DNA of 64,000 nt from Candidatus Omnitrophica bacterium UBA6249 (GTDB taxonomy: Bacteria; Omnitrophota; Gorgyraeia; Gygaellales; Profunditerraquicolaceae). The notes under the pieces are model-generated. The model saw only the letters and a program-made list of their open reading frames with translations. It made no database searches and was not told the DNA's origin. This document shows, piece by piece, positions 30,457 through 39,775 of the stretch. How positions within the stretch are numbered: the first letter of the stretch is position 1; every line of letters begins with the position of its first letter. The stretch is from positions 281,156 to 345,155 of the forward strand of contig DJVT01000009.1 in the NCBI GenBank assembly GCA_002441305.1. The letters run 5' to 3'. A program made the position numbers and the translations under genes.

Positions 30457-32313
30457 TCAGCTTAAATCTTTCTTTTCTATACCGAGGATGCGCTTTACTT
30501 CTTCTCCGCTCAAGACTTCTTTTTCCAGCAGGGTATTGGAAAGTAACTTTAATTTATCCTGGTTGGCCCTTAACAGGCTCAAGGACTTGTTATAGGCATC
30601 GTCGATAATCACCTTTACTTCTTCGTCTATCAGCCTGGCAGTTTGTTCGCTGTAGTTCCTCTCTTCCATCATGTCCCGCCCGAGGAAAACAAGCCCTTCC
30701 CTTTTGCCCAGGGTAAGGTTGCCGAGCTTTTCGGACATTCCGAACTGCATGACCATGCGCCTTGCCATGGCCGTAGCGACCTCAAGGTCATTTTGGGCTC
30801 CGGTAGTGACTTCATTCAGGTTTATCTGTTCCGATGCCCTGCCCCCGAGCATCATGGTGATTTCCGCCAGGAGCTCTCTCCTAGTCCAATAATGGCGGTC
30901 CTCCAGGGGAGGCGTAAAAGTATATCCTCCCGCCAGCCCGCGGGGTATTATGGAAACCTTCTTCAGCGGGTTGACTTCAGGCAGGAGCAGGGAAAGCAAT
31001 GCGTGCCCGGATTCATGCAGGGAGGTAATCTCCTTTTCTTTCTTGGAAATAATATGGCTCTTTTTCTCCGGGCCCATCAAAACCCGTTCTACGGATTTAT
31101 CCAGGTCGGATTCCTCTACCGCTTCTTTATTGCTGCGTGCTGCCATAAGCGCGGCCTCATTGCAAAGGTTGGCCAGGTCGGCCCCGGAAAATCCCGGGGT
31201 TTGGCTTGCTACGGACTTAAGGTCAACCGAAGGCGAAAGCTTGATCTTGCGGGTATGCACCTTCAGTATCTCTTCCCGGCCTTTTATGTCAGGCAGGTTG
31301 ATGATTATATTGCGGTCGAAACGGCCAGGGCGCAGCAGCGCCGGATCAAGAGTGTCCGGGCGGTTGGTGGCGGCAATGAGTATCAACCCCTGCTGGGCAT
31401 CGAAACCATCCATTTCTACCAGCAGCTGATTTAAAGTTTGTTCCCTTTCGTCGTTGCCCCCTCCTATCCCGGAAAAACGCAGGCGGCCTACCGCATCTAT
31501 CTCATCGATAAAAATGATCGCGCCTTTGCCTTCGACCTTTCCCGCCTTGCGTCCTTGCTCGAAAAGGTCTCTTACCCTGCTTGCCCCAACCCCAACAAAC
31601 ATCTCCACGAAATCCGAACCGGATATACTGAAGAACGGGACGCCCGCTTCTCCCGCTACCGCGCGGGCGATCAGGGTTTTTCCGCATCCCGGAGGGCCGA
31701 CCAGAAGCACTCCTTTCGGTATTTTACCGCCCAGCCTTTGGAACTTCTTCGGGTCTTTCAGGAATTCGATTACTTCCCGCAATTCCTCTTTTGCTTCATC
31801 CACTCCGGCGACGTCCTCAAAGGTGGCCTTCTCGTTATTGGACTGGATCTTTGATTTCACCTTCCCGAAACTCATAATCCTGCTGCCAAGCTGTTCTCCC
31901 CGGGCGGCCATCATCCACCAGAAAAATATAAGAAGCAGTATGGGCCCCAGGTTGAAAAGCAAAGAAACCCAGAAGGTGCGCGCCGGCTTGACCTCGAAAT
32001 TTTTCAGGTTCTGGCGCATCAGGGAAAGCATTTCCGGGTCATTGTCCGGGAGGTTCACGAAAAACCTGGAATTATCCGAAAACTCACCCTGCAGCACGGT
32101 CTCGGTTTTTGTCGCGGATTTGATCCTGTCCGGATTATCCCTTATAGTGCGGAAGAATTGGCTGTATGATATTTCTTTCGGGATACCGTTTACCGGCATA
32201 TTGGTAAGGCTGTTTGCAAGCATAACAAACAAAAATATTATTAAAAGCCACCCGAAAGGCGAGCGCTTGAACAAATTGCCTTTTTTTTGCTTTGATTTAT
32301 TTTGTATTGGCAT
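30457..32313 (-). CDS. ftsH: ATP-dependent zinc metalloprotease FtsH
   Basis: 618 aa. Two TM segments; AAA+ [23 protein letters not shown]; SRH; HESGHAL zinc site. Confidence 0.97.
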   Translation of the reverse strand: MPIQNKSKQKKGNLFKRSPFGWLLIIFLFVMLANSLTNMPVNGIPKEISYSQFFRTIRDNPDRIKSATKTETVLQGEFSDNSRFFVNLPDNDPEMLSLMRQNLKNFEVKPARTFWVSLLFNLGPILLLIFFWWMMAARGEQLGSRIMSFGKVKSKIQSNNEKATFEDVAGVDEAKEELREVIEFLKDPKKFQRLGGKIPKGVLLVGPPGCGKTLIARAVAGEAGVPFFSISGSDFVEMFVGVGASRVRDLFEQGRKAGKVEGKGAIIFIDEIDAVGRLRFSGIGGGNDEREQTLNQLLVEMDGFDAQQGLILIAATNRPDTLDPALLRPGRFDRNIIINLPDIKGREEILKVHTRKIKLSPSVDLKSVASQTPGFSGADLANLCNEAALMAARSNKEAVEESDLDKSVERVLMGPEKKSHIISKKEKEITSLHESGHALLSLLLPEVNPLKKVSIIPRGLAGGYTFTPPLEDRHYWTRRELLAEITMMLGGRASEQINLNEVTTGAQNDLEVATAMARRMVMQFGMSEKLGNLTLGKREGLVFLGRDMMEERNYSEQTARLIDEEVKVIIDDAYNKSLSLLRANQDKLKLLSNTLLEKEVLSGEEVKRILGIEKKDLS

Positions 32314-32358
32314 CAGTTTCTCCGGCTTATGCTGCGTTTGGTGGAGTTGGAAGAAAAT

Positions 32359-32387
32359 ATTATATATTCAAACGTATGTAAAATCAA
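32359..32387 (-). promoter_or_regulatory. Putative promoter TTGATT-N17-TATAAT for ftsH
   Basis: rc of 32382-32387 = TTGATT; rc of 32359-32364 = TATAAT; lies in the 87-nt gap between the tilS stop and the ftsH start. Confidence 0.4.
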
Positions 32388-32400
32388 GTATTTTATGGAT

Positions 32401-33360
32401 TTAACGCTTATAGAAACGGATGGATGACGCATTTTTCCGCGCGGATACCCCCTGGGGGAGATCCACTATCGAACCGGGCGGGCGGCTTGTGACCAAATCT
32501 TCCAGTTCCATGATATGCCGGAAGGTTATCCTGCGCGTGTCTCCTTTCAAACGGGCTATGCACTGCCTCATATTCATGCGCAGGATCGAAGGGTGCATGC
32601 GCATCAGCTTTTTGGTATCGAATGCCAGCTTCCCTCCTTTTGCGGCCTGCGCGGCAGCCCGTTCGAGGTAGTCGTAATCAGAGGAGGCGTTTTCCGCCAG
32701 GCTTGACAACACCCCGGAAATATTCCGGTTGTATTCTTTTTTCAACAGCGGGATGAGTCTGTGCCTGATCCTGTTGCGCATGAAAACATCTTCCAGGTTG
32801 GTGGAATCGATGCGGGGCGAAATATTCCTTCTCTTTAAGAAAGCTTCTATTCTCTTACGGCTGACCGCCAGGAACGGACGGATAAAGGTCACTCCGCGGA
32901 TGGTGCGTTTAAACGCTATCCCGGAGAGGCCCGATAAACCCGCCCCTCTCAACAGGCGCATTAAGACTGTTTCCGCCTGGTCGTCAAGGTTATGCCCCAG
33001 GGCCACCTTCCCTGCTTTAAGCTTCAGGGCAGTGCGGATAAAAAAGTCCATCCTGGCGTTCCTGCAGGCTTCTTCAAGAGAGCCTTTCTTTTTGCCTGCC
33101 CGCCAGCTAAGCTTCAGGCAGGTAAAAGGAATGCCGAGCTTTTTCGCCCAGGATTCCACAAAAGCGGCATCCTTGCCCGAATCGCGGCGCAAGTTATGGT
33201 CTACATGCGCTACGTATAGGACAAGCCCCATTTTTTTCTTCAACGCGGCAAAAGAAAGGAGCAGCGCCATCGAATCAGGCCCCCCGGATACCCCCAAAAG
33301 CACCTTATCCCCGCGTTTTACCAGCGAACGTTTTTTTATAGCCTCCTCCAGCTCTTTCAT
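32401..33360 (-). CDS. tilS: tRNA(Ile)-lysidine synthetase (short form)
   Basis: 319 aa. PP-loop SGGPDS ([15 protein letters not shown]). Confidence 0.9.
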   Translation of the reverse strand: MKELEEAIKKRSLVKRGDKVLLGVSGGPDSMALLLSFAALKKKMGLVLYVAHVDHNLRRDSGKDAAFVESWAKKLGIPFTCLKLSWRAGKKKGSLEEACRNARMDFFIRTALKLKAGKVALGHNLDDQAETVLMRLLRGAGLSGLSGIAFKRTIRGVTFIRPFLAVSRKRIEAFLKRRNISPRIDSTNLEDVFMRNRIRHRLIPLLKKEYNRNISGVLSSLAENASSDYDYLERAAAQAAKGGKLAFDTKKLMRMHPSILRMNMRQCIARLKGDTRRITFRHIMELEDLVTSRPPGSIVDLPQGVSARKNASSIRFYKR

Positions 33361-33424
33361 AGTTTTTATTTTACCATAAAAAACAAGGCGTGTTTACCAA
33401 AATATGGACTATCTAAGTTTAAAG

Positions 33425-33453
33425 TTGACTTTTTGATGAGGCAAGTGTAAATT
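33425..33453 (+). promoter_or_regulatory. Promoter TTGACT-N17-TAAATT giving a (near-)leaderless flippase mRNA
   Basis: ttgact at 33425-33430, taaatt at 33448-33453; ATG at 33461 is about 7 nt past the -10 box; no Shine-Dalgarno. Confidence 0.5.
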
Positions 33454-33460
33454 ATTGAAA

Positions 33461-34732
33461 ATGAGCGGGCGTATCGTAACCCATAGCGAAAGAAAAATTG
33501 TATTCAAGAATTTCCTCTCCCTCACTACCCTGCAGGGGGTAAATTATCTTTTGCCGCTGGCCGTACTCCCGTACCTGATCAGGGTGATCGGGATAGGCAA
33601 ATTCGGGCTGATCGCATTTGCCCAAAGCCTTATCCAGTATTTCCTGATCATCACAGATTACGGATTCAGCCTCTCCGCTACAAGAAAAATATCCATCAGC
33701 AAGGACTCCCCGGAACAAACAAGCGCCATATTCTCCTCGGTAATGACAGTAAAACTACTGCTTGCCGGGGCCTGTTTCCTTCTCTTGTGCGCGATCCTCC
33801 ATTTCGTGCCGAAATTCAAATGCGACTGGCAGGTTTATATGTTGAGTTATGGCGCGGTGGTGGGAAATACGCTGTTTCCGGTATGGTTTTTCCAGGGCAA
33901 GGAAAAAATGGAATACATTACCCTGATCAACGTTGTGGGGGGGATAATTTTCGCCCTCTGCGTTTTTTTCTTCATAAAAAGCCCGCGGGATTTTATCCTT
34001 TTGCCGGCATTCAATTCTTTGTTTTGCCTGGTGAGCGGGGTATGGGGCCTTTATATAGCCTTCAGCCGGTTCAACGTGGAATTCGTGGTGCAAAGGTACA
34101 AGGATATAAGAAACGAATTGAGAACCGGATGGAATATTTTCATATCCACGGTTTCCATAAACGCCTATACCACTACCCGTACTTTCGCGGTAGGGCTGCT
34201 TACGAATAACGCCATCACCGGGTATTTTTCGCTTGCCGAAAGGATAGCGAATTTCATCCAGAGTTTTCCTATGGATTCATTCTCCCGCGCGGTATTCCCC
34301 AGGATCAGCAAGGTGTTCGCCCGCAACAGGAAACGGGCCCTGGCAATAATGAAAAGGATACAGCTTGGGATAACTTCCGGTTTTGTGGTCAGTCTTCCGA
34401 TAGCCTATTTCCTCTCCCCCTGGATAATCCGGCTTATCTGCGGAAATGCCGATATGGAAGCGGTAATTACCTTAAGGCTGCTGCTTATCGCCGTATTCTT
34501 CGTGGGGGCAAACGCCTTCAGGGTGCAGTTCCTTCTCGTGGCGGGAAAACCCGATTTTTACGCCCGCATCCATGTGGCTGCCGCCCTTATAGGCTCTCCG
34601 CTGATATTCCTACTCATAGAAAGATTTTCTTACCGTGGCGCGGCCCTGGCTACAGTACTCACCGAAGCCGGGGTTTTCTGCGTAACTCTCTTTACGATTA
34701 TAAAACTGCAGAAAGAAATTCTTAAAAGCTAA
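33461..34732 (+). CDS. Wzx-like polysaccharide/oligosaccharide flippase (MOP superfamily, Polysacc_synt family)
   Basis: About 423 aa with 12-14 predicted TM helices and the typical N-terminus (FKNFLSLTTLQGVNYLLPLAVLPYLIRVIG). Track start at 33455 is TTG; the ATG is at 33461. Lone plus-strand gene with no glycosyltransferases nearby. Confidence 0.75.
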   Translation: MSGRIVTHSERKIVFKNFLSLTTLQGVNYLLPLAVLPYLIRVIGIGKFGLIAFAQSLIQYFLIITDYGFSLSATRKISISKDSPEQTSAIFSSVMTVKLLLAGACFLLLCAILHFVPKFKCDWQVYMLSYGAVVGNTLFPVWFFQGKEKMEYITLINVVGGIIFALCVFFFIKSPRDFILLPAFNSLFCLVSGVWGLYIAFSRFNVEFVVQRYKDIRNELRTGWNIFISTVSINAYTTTRTFAVGLLTNNAITGYFSLAERIANFIQSFPMDSFSRAVFPRISKVFARNRKRALAIMKRIQLGITSGFVVSLPIAYFLSPWIIRLICGNADMEAVITLRLLLIAVFFVGANAFRVQFLLVAGKPDFYARIHVAAALIGSPLIFLLIERFSYRGAALATVLTEAGVFCVTLFTIIKLQKEILKS

Positions 34733-34735
34733 AAA

Positions 34736-34770
34736 ACAGCCCGGCATGTAAAATACCGGGCTGTTTTGTA
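34736..34770. terminator. Intrinsic terminator (bidirectional; strong T-run on the minus-strand side)
   Basis: acagcccgg catgtaaaata ccgggctgt. On the minus strand the stem is followed by TTTTTT, which terminates the acsE-tRNA(CAT) unit. On the plus strand it is followed by tttgtaa, after the flippase. Confidence 0.7.
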
Positions 34771-34771
34771 A

Positions 34772-34848
34772 TGGTGGCGGAGAGTGGATTTAAACCACCG
34801 ACCAAGCGGGTATGAGCCGCGTGCTCTATCAGGCTGAGCTACTCCGCC
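34772..34848 (-). tRNA. tRNA with anticodon CAT (elongator Met or lysidine-modified Ile2; ileX-like), CCA encoded, unusual A19/U56
   Basis: rc reads GGCGGAGTAGCTCAGCCTGATAGAGCACGCGGCTCATACCCGCTTGGTCGGTGGTTTAAATCCACTCTCCGCCACCA. G1-C72 rules out initiator tRNA. D-loop AGCCTGATA and T-loop TTTAAAT replace the near-universal G19:C56 with A19:U56. C27-U43 mismatch. Confidence 0.8.
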
Positions 34849-34857
34849 ATAAAAGGC

Positions 34858-35643
34858 TTATTTTTTTCTGTAGGCATCCAGGTAAGAATCGCAATAAATA
34901 TTCTTATTCAGGATAAGTTCCGCAGTGATCAAGGCATCCATAAGGGCGCTATCCTTAGGATCAAGTATAGCAGAATCCAGGCCGTATGCAACCGCCATGG
35001 TCAAAAAAGTCCTGTTGATCAGATTCCGCTGACGGCTCCCCTGGGAAACATTGCTTAACCCGACGGTGGTCCTTATCCCCGGGGAAATAAGCTTGAACTC
35101 CGCGATAGAATCAAGTATATCCTTCATCTGGGCCTGGGCCACATTTACCGGAAGGACGATTGGATCCAGATAAAGCCGCTCCTCGGGCAGGCCTTTTTCC
35201 TGGCAATCCGCGACGATCGCCGCGGCCATCTCAAGACGCCTGTCCTTATTCTGAGGGATCCCGCCTTTATCGATAGTTATGCCGATCAGCCAAGTTTTGT
35301 ATTGTACCGCAAGAGGCACCGTTATGTCCAGCTTTTCTTTGTCCGCCGTAGTGGAATTTATAATTACGCCGTTCTTGGCGGCTTTCAAACCCTCTTCGAT
35401 TACGCCGGCATTGCTCGAATCGAGGCAGAGGATTTTATCCGTTACCTCCTGGATGGTTTCCACCAGCCAGGGCATATCCTCCCGCGGTTTTTTGGAAAGC
35501 GGCCCGCAGTTTACATCCAGGGCGTCGGCACCGCAGGCGATCTGATCCAGGGCACATTTCTGTATTTCTTTTTTATCGCGTTCTTTGATCGCTTCCCTTA
35601 TGTTTGCATACATTCCGTTGATCAGCTCGCCTATAATAAACAT
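34858..35643 (-). CDS. acsE: Methyltetrahydrofolate:corrinoid/iron-sulfur protein Co-methyltransferase
   Basis: 261 aa pterin-binding TIM barrel, near-collinear with Moorella MeTr as recalled: MFIIGELINGM..LCLDSSN..INSTTADKEK..LYLDPIVLPVNVAQ..GLSNVSQG..LINRTFL..NIYCDSYL. Confidence 0.85.
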   Translation of the reverse strand: MFIIGELINGMYANIREAIKERDKKEIQKCALDQIACGADALDVNCGPLSKKPREDMPWLVETIQEVTDKILCLDSSNAGVIEEGLKAAKNGVIINSTTADKEKLDITVPLAVQYKTWLIGITIDKGGIPQNKDRRLEMAAAIVADCQEKGLPEERLYLDPIVLPVNVAQAQMKDILDSIAEFKLISPGIRTTVGLSNVSQGSRQRNLINRTFLTMAVAYGLDSAILDPKDSALMDALITAELILNKNIYCDSYLDAYRKK

Positions 35644-35653
35644 AACGTCTCCT

Positions 35654-36604
35654 TTAGTGGTCCGAGTTATTTCCCCCGAAAAGCACGGAGATATGCCCGA
35701 ACACCCTTTTTGCCGCCTCGGGATGGCGCATAACCAGGATGTCCGCCCCGGCCTGGATAAGGCTTGAGGCGGTGATTATCTCCCAGATTACCCCTTGTTT
35801 ATCTCCCCCCTTGGCTTCCTTGGCTTTCCAGCTTTCCTGTCCGGTAAAACAAATAAACGGGGAAGAAAGAGTCTTGTCCCCGGATAAAGCGGCGATCCTG
35901 CCTCTTTCCATAATGGAATAGGCATATTCAAGGCCGTATCCCAAAGCCCCTATAGTAGGATTTATGACGATCCTGTCCAGGGCAAACCCCATATCCGAAA
36001 TCAGTATATTCAATTGTTTGGCAATATTTATGTCTATCGGGCTCTCGGCAATAATGGAATGCCCGTCCGCCAGGGCGCTTGCCGCCAAAGTTTTATAGTT
36101 TTCCTGTGTCGCGCATCCCAAAAGACAACGTTCGCTCTTTGCCGCTTCCGAACAGGCAGGCATGACGAGATTATCCTTTGCGTCGTCGCCGCTCCCGATG
36201 ATAATCAAGGGGACGCTCACTTTTTCTAAAAGCGAAGAAACGAAACGGGCGCATTCTTCGGGGCTTTTATCCCCGCAATCCGGATGCGCCCCCTGCAGCC
36301 TCAGGCATAAAAGCCGGGCGCCGAAATCTTTCACGCACATTTGCGCCCATATGAGCGGGTCTTCCGGCGCCTTTCCGTAAGAGGAAACAAGCCCCTCGGG
36401 CCAATCCTGCGGCGGGATATCCCAGATTTCGAAGGCGATTACCGGACGATTGGGTATGTCCCCTTCTTTAAACAGCAAGGGAAGCGACTTTTGCCCCCCG
36501 ATCCTTACCGTATTCTTCCGGGATCCTCCGTCTTCCGCGCAGGCGCCGATAGAAACGGAATAAACCCCTCCGCTCCATTTTTCAAGGATCTCTTCAATTT
36601 CCAT
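35654..36604 (-). CDS. acsD: Corrinoid iron-sulfur protein small subunit (CODH/ACS delta subunit)
   Basis: TVRIGGQKSLPLLFKEGDIPNRPVIAFEIWD..ENYKTL..IIAESPIDINIAKQLNILI..INPTIGALGYGLEYAYSIMERGRIAAL..ILVMRHPEA matches the AcsD/CdhD TIM barrel. Start chosen at ATG 36604 (AGGGGA RBS); the track ORF begins 31 codons upstream. Confidence 0.85.
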   Translation of the reverse strand: MEIEEILEKWSGGVYSVSIGACAEDGGSRKNTVRIGGQKSLPLLFKEGDIPNRPVIAFEIWDIPPQDWPEGLVSSYGKAPEDPLIWAQMCVKDFGARLLCLRLQGAHPDCGDKSPEECARFVSSLLEKVSVPLIIIGSGDDAKDNLVMPACSEAAKSERCLLGCATQENYKTLAASALADGHSIIAESPIDINIAKQLNILISDMGFALDRIVINPTIGALGYGLEYAYSIMERGRIAALSGDKTLSSPFICFTGQESWKAKEAKGGDKQGVIWEIITASSLIQAGADILVMRHPEAAKRVFGHISVLFGGNNSDH

Positions 36605-38438
36605 GCTGCTCTTCCCCTTTCGGCTTATCATGACGGCTCTTTCCGGAGAACCTCGATAGATCCGTATGCGGAAAAAACAATGCCTGCCCGTATTCATCCA
36701 TATATTCCGGATCGGAAGAAAGGTCGAAATAAGTTATCCTGGAGGCAATGGCGCGGGCCTCGCACATCTCGCAGGAGGAAAGAAGCGCCCGGGTAGCCCC
36801 GGATAAAGATGAATTGCCTATAAATACAAAGCGCTCTTTTTCCACATCCGGGAGCAATCCTATGCTGACGGCTTTTTCTATATCGAGCGAAGAGCCGAAG
36901 CCTCCGGAAACAAAAAACTTTGAAACATCCGCAAGATTCAAATCAAGATGCCGGGCCAGTATCGCAGCAGCCGAATATATTGCCGCCTTGGAACGCTTAA
37001 GGTTGTCTATATCCGCCTCGCTGATAAAAATATCGGCCCCTGTTTCCTCCTTTAAACAAATGACAAACTCCTTCCCCGCATCCCCGGGACGGATACGGCT
37101 GCCTTCCGCCTTTATCCTGCCGTTCTTATCTATCAGCCCTGAATCAAGCATGGAAGCCAGAAGGCTGATATACCCCGATCCGCAGATGCCCTTAGGGCTC
37201 CCTTTCCCGATAACGGAATACGAAACATTCAAATCATTCTTATTTACGGAAACACTTTCTATCGCTCCGTCTTCCGCGCGCATTCCGCATGATAATCCGC
37301 TTCCTTCGAAGGCCGGCCCTGCGGAAGCCGCGCAGCCGACCAAGAAATCCCTGTTCCCAAGAATGATCTCTCCGTTAGTCCCTATATCTACCAGCGCACA
37401 CAAGGCATTTTCCCGGTACATGGCGCAGGAAAGCACGCCGGAAACGGCGTCCCCTCCCAGATACCCGGATACGCCCGGCAGGCACACGAGCAATCCGTTG
37501 GAGCCTATCGTTATTCCCGATTCCCCGGCTTTTGAGAAAAAAGGCAACCCTGACGGCTCCAGGCAAGGTTCCTTGCGTATCTTCGAGGGATCCTTGTTCA
37601 GGAGAAAATGGATCATTGTGGTATTGCCGGAGCACACAATGCAAGAAACGTCCTCGAGGTTTATCCCCCCCCTATCGGCCAATCCCCGGATTATCCGGTT
37701 GACCGTCCCGCAGATGGATTCATGAAGGATCCTTAAACCCTCCCCCTTGCCTGCAAAAACTATGCGCGTTATTATATCCGAGCCTAAAGAAACCTGCATA
37801 TTGTAAGAGCTTCCGGAACATGCGGTCTTTCCGGAATTTAAATCAACCAGGCGTCCGCAAACCGTAGTCGTGCCTATATCGAAAGCAAACCCGTAATTTC
37901 TCGATCTTGAATCCCCGGGTTCCGTGCGTATGACCTCCGCCTTATCTTTTGTTACGGCTAAAGTAATGGTTGTCTCTTTGGAGAGTATCTGCGGTATCCC
38001 GCTTACCTTTTTTTCGTCGGCCAGGGCTTTGTGCAGCTCTTCGATCAGACCTTGTTCCAGGTAGACTTTTCTGATAAAAGATTCGGCGGCGATAGGCCTG
38101 CCCTGCGTTTCGTCTCTTATTTCCGGCTCGAAATAGATATCATCCTTGGAGGGGAAACCCGAGGCAGAAGGTATCTCCACTTCCGCATCGCTCATAACAG
38201 AGGTAAGGCAGGCCAAATAGACCCCTTTGTTTTTTTCCTCCTCTGTCAGTAAGCTGCTGGCCTTCGAAAACACTTCCCCTTTTTTAAGGATAACCCTGCA
38301 TTTGCCGCATACGCCGTCCCCTCCGCAGGAAGCGTTAAGCGGGATGCCTGCGGACAAGGCGGCAGAAAGTATGCTCGCGCCTTTTTCTACCGATGTGGAT
38401 TTGTTCGCGGGATAAAAAGTAATCTTCATTTTTTGCAT
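36594..38438 (-). CDS. Reductive activator of corrinoid iron-sulfur protein (RACo-like: 2Fe-2S ferredoxin + ASKHA ATPase)
   Basis: 614 aa. N-terminal plant-type [2Fe-2S] domain (CGGDGVCGKCRV..C), linker, ASKHA/DUF4445-type motifs DIGTTTVCGRL, SGNTTM, LVDIGTNGEI, GICGSG. Located between acsC and acsD, as in Carboxydothermus. Confidence 0.75.
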   Translation of the reverse strand: MQKMKITFYPANKSTSVEKGASILSAALSAGIPLNASCGGDGVCGKCRVILKKGEVFSKASSLLTEEEKNKGVYLACLTSVMSDAEVEIPSASGFPSKDDIYFEPEIRDETQGRPIAAESFIRKVYLEQGLIEELHKALADEKKVSGIPQILSKETTITLAVTKDKAEVIRTEPGDSRSRNYGFAFDIGTTTVCGRLVDLNSGKTACSGSSYNMQVSLGSDIITRIVFAGKGEGLRILHESICGTVNRIIRGLADRGGINLEDVSCIVCSGNTTMIHFLLNKDPSKIRKEPCLEPSGLPFFSKAGESGITIGSNGLLVCLPGVSGYLGGDAVSGVLSCAMYRENALCALVDIGTNGEIILGNRDFLVGCAASAGPAFEGSGLSCGMRAEDGAIESVSVNKNDLNVSYSVIGKGSPKGICGSGYISLLASMLDSGLIDKNGRIKAEGSRIRPGDAGKEFVICLKEETGADIFISEADIDNLKRSKAAIYSAAAILARHLDLNLADVSKFFVSGGFGSSLDIEKAVSIGLLPDVEKERFVFIGNSSLSGATRALLSSCEMCEARAIASRITYFDLSSDPEYMDEYGQALFFPHTDLSRFSGKSRHDKPKGEEQHGN

Positions 38439-38439
38439 T

Positions 38440-39771
38440 TTAGTTCAAGTTCTTCAAAAAAGAGGAGATTCCTGCGGCTTCCTTGGGGCCGACAATCACC
38501 TTGAAACCGCTTTTTTCCTCCAGCTCTCCGCTTAAGACGGCAACATAACCCGGGATAATCAGGTTTTTATGTTTTATCATCTTCTTGATTCCGGAATTTT
38601 CCAGTGAATCGGAAATGGCCTGCGCAGTGAATTTTTCCGCCGCCCAGGCCGTGAGCACGGACATCCCTTCGGTATCCACGCTTATGATATACGAAGGTAT
38701 TTTGCTTGCTTCGACCTCCCCCAGCACCGTATAGTAAGTCAAAGAAAAATTAGTTGTCACCAGAACCGGAGAATTTTCTCCCGCCTCCCCTACCGGATAA
38801 AGCCTGGGTTCGATCTGCAGGGGTTTTTGCGGATCGGTATATATATTCTGCCTCAGGGTCAGTACCGAAAGGGCCTCCCAGGATTGTATTCCCTTGAGAA
38901 TTATCACGCTTGCATATTTGGTTATATGTACCGCCGCTTCGGCGGCTTCTTCGTAAGGGTCGTCATTTTCCGCCATTACGAATTCGGGATACCCCAGCGC
39001 GCGATTAGCTTTTTTCAAAGCCTGCCTGCGGATCTGGGTAGCATCCCATATCTTTTCGCTTAAAGGTTTTCTCCCCGTATCCAAAAGAAGCGCATCTACC
39101 CCCAGGGAGACAAGCTCTTTTGTTACATAAGACAGCTCGTCCAGGCTTGGGGCAGAGACCACTACGGGAAGCCGGAAATCTTTTGCTATGGATGCGATTT
39201 GCGTAAAGTTGTCCTTTGTCGCGCAATACAGCAGGGGCTTGCGCTCCGAGGCTGCGGATGCCGCCTGCCTCAGGGACGCAGGAGAAGAGCCCATCAGCAC
39301 AACCGGCAATCCGGTGGAATCCATCACTATTTCCGTAGCCCTGACAAATCTTTTTTGGTCCGAGTTCTGTCTTACGGCCACCATGTTTACATCCAGAACC
39401 TGCCCTACGCGTTCGAACTTCAATGAATTTATTTTTTTTACGCGCGATGCAATCTCCTCGTCGGACAGGCTGTCTTCTATGACAAAGCCTATCCCGCATG
39501 GATTGCGGAATTTCTCTTCGTGCCTGAACATTACCGTCTCTCCCCCCGCCTCGAACCTGTCTTTTCCCTCTCCCAGGATAAGAGTCCTGATTGCGGGCTG
39601 GGATTGCTCCTCGAGCAGTTTTTTGGTCTGCTCGGAAATAAACGGGCATTTGTCCGCGCTCATTGTTTTCTTGGCCAGCTGCATGGCAAAAGCCAGGCAG
39701 GTGGATAAGCCGCAGCGGCGGCAATTGGTCTTTGGCAGCAACTTGTAGATATCCAGCCCAGAAAGGGGCAT
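38440..39771 (-). CDS. acsC: Corrinoid iron-sulfur protein large subunit (CODH/ACS gamma subunit)
   Basis: 443 aa. N-terminal [4Fe-4S] motif CRRCGLSTCLAFAMQLA..C, TIM barrel, C-terminal B12-binding Rossmann domain. N-terminus MPLSGLDIYKLLPKTNC matches AcsC. Confidence 0.85.
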   Translation of the reverse strand: MPLSGLDIYKLLPKTNCRRCGLSTCLAFAMQLAKKTMSADKCPFISEQTKKLLEEQSQPAIRTLILGEGKDRFEAGGETVMFRHEEKFRNPCGIGFVIEDSLSDEEIASRVKKINSLKFERVGQVLDVNMVAVRQNSDQKRFVRATEIVMDSTGLPVVLMGSSPASLRQAASAASERKPLLYCATKDNFTQIASIAKDFRLPVVVSAPSLDELSYVTKELVSLGVDALLLDTGRKPLSEKIWDATQIRRQALKKANRALGYPEFVMAENDDPYEEAAEAAVHITKYASVIILKGIQSWEALSVLTLRQNIYTDPQKPLQIEPRLYPVGEAGENSPVLVTTNFSLTYYTVLGEVEASKIPSYIISVDTEGMSVLTAWAAEKFTAQAISDSLENSGIKKMIKHKNLIIPGYVAVLSGELEEKSGFKVIVGPKEAAGISSFLKNLN

Positions 39772-39775
39772 AATC

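Noticed and set aside
30643-31434. 263-aa plus-strand ORF
   Set aside because: Antisense to ftsH.
33452-33718. 88-aa minus-strand ORF
   Set aside because: Overlaps the promoter and start of the flippase gene on the opposite strand and has no RBS; likely spurious.
39005-39724. 239-aa minus-strand ORF
   Set aside because: Alternative frame inside acsC; Arg/Gly-rich nonsense composition.
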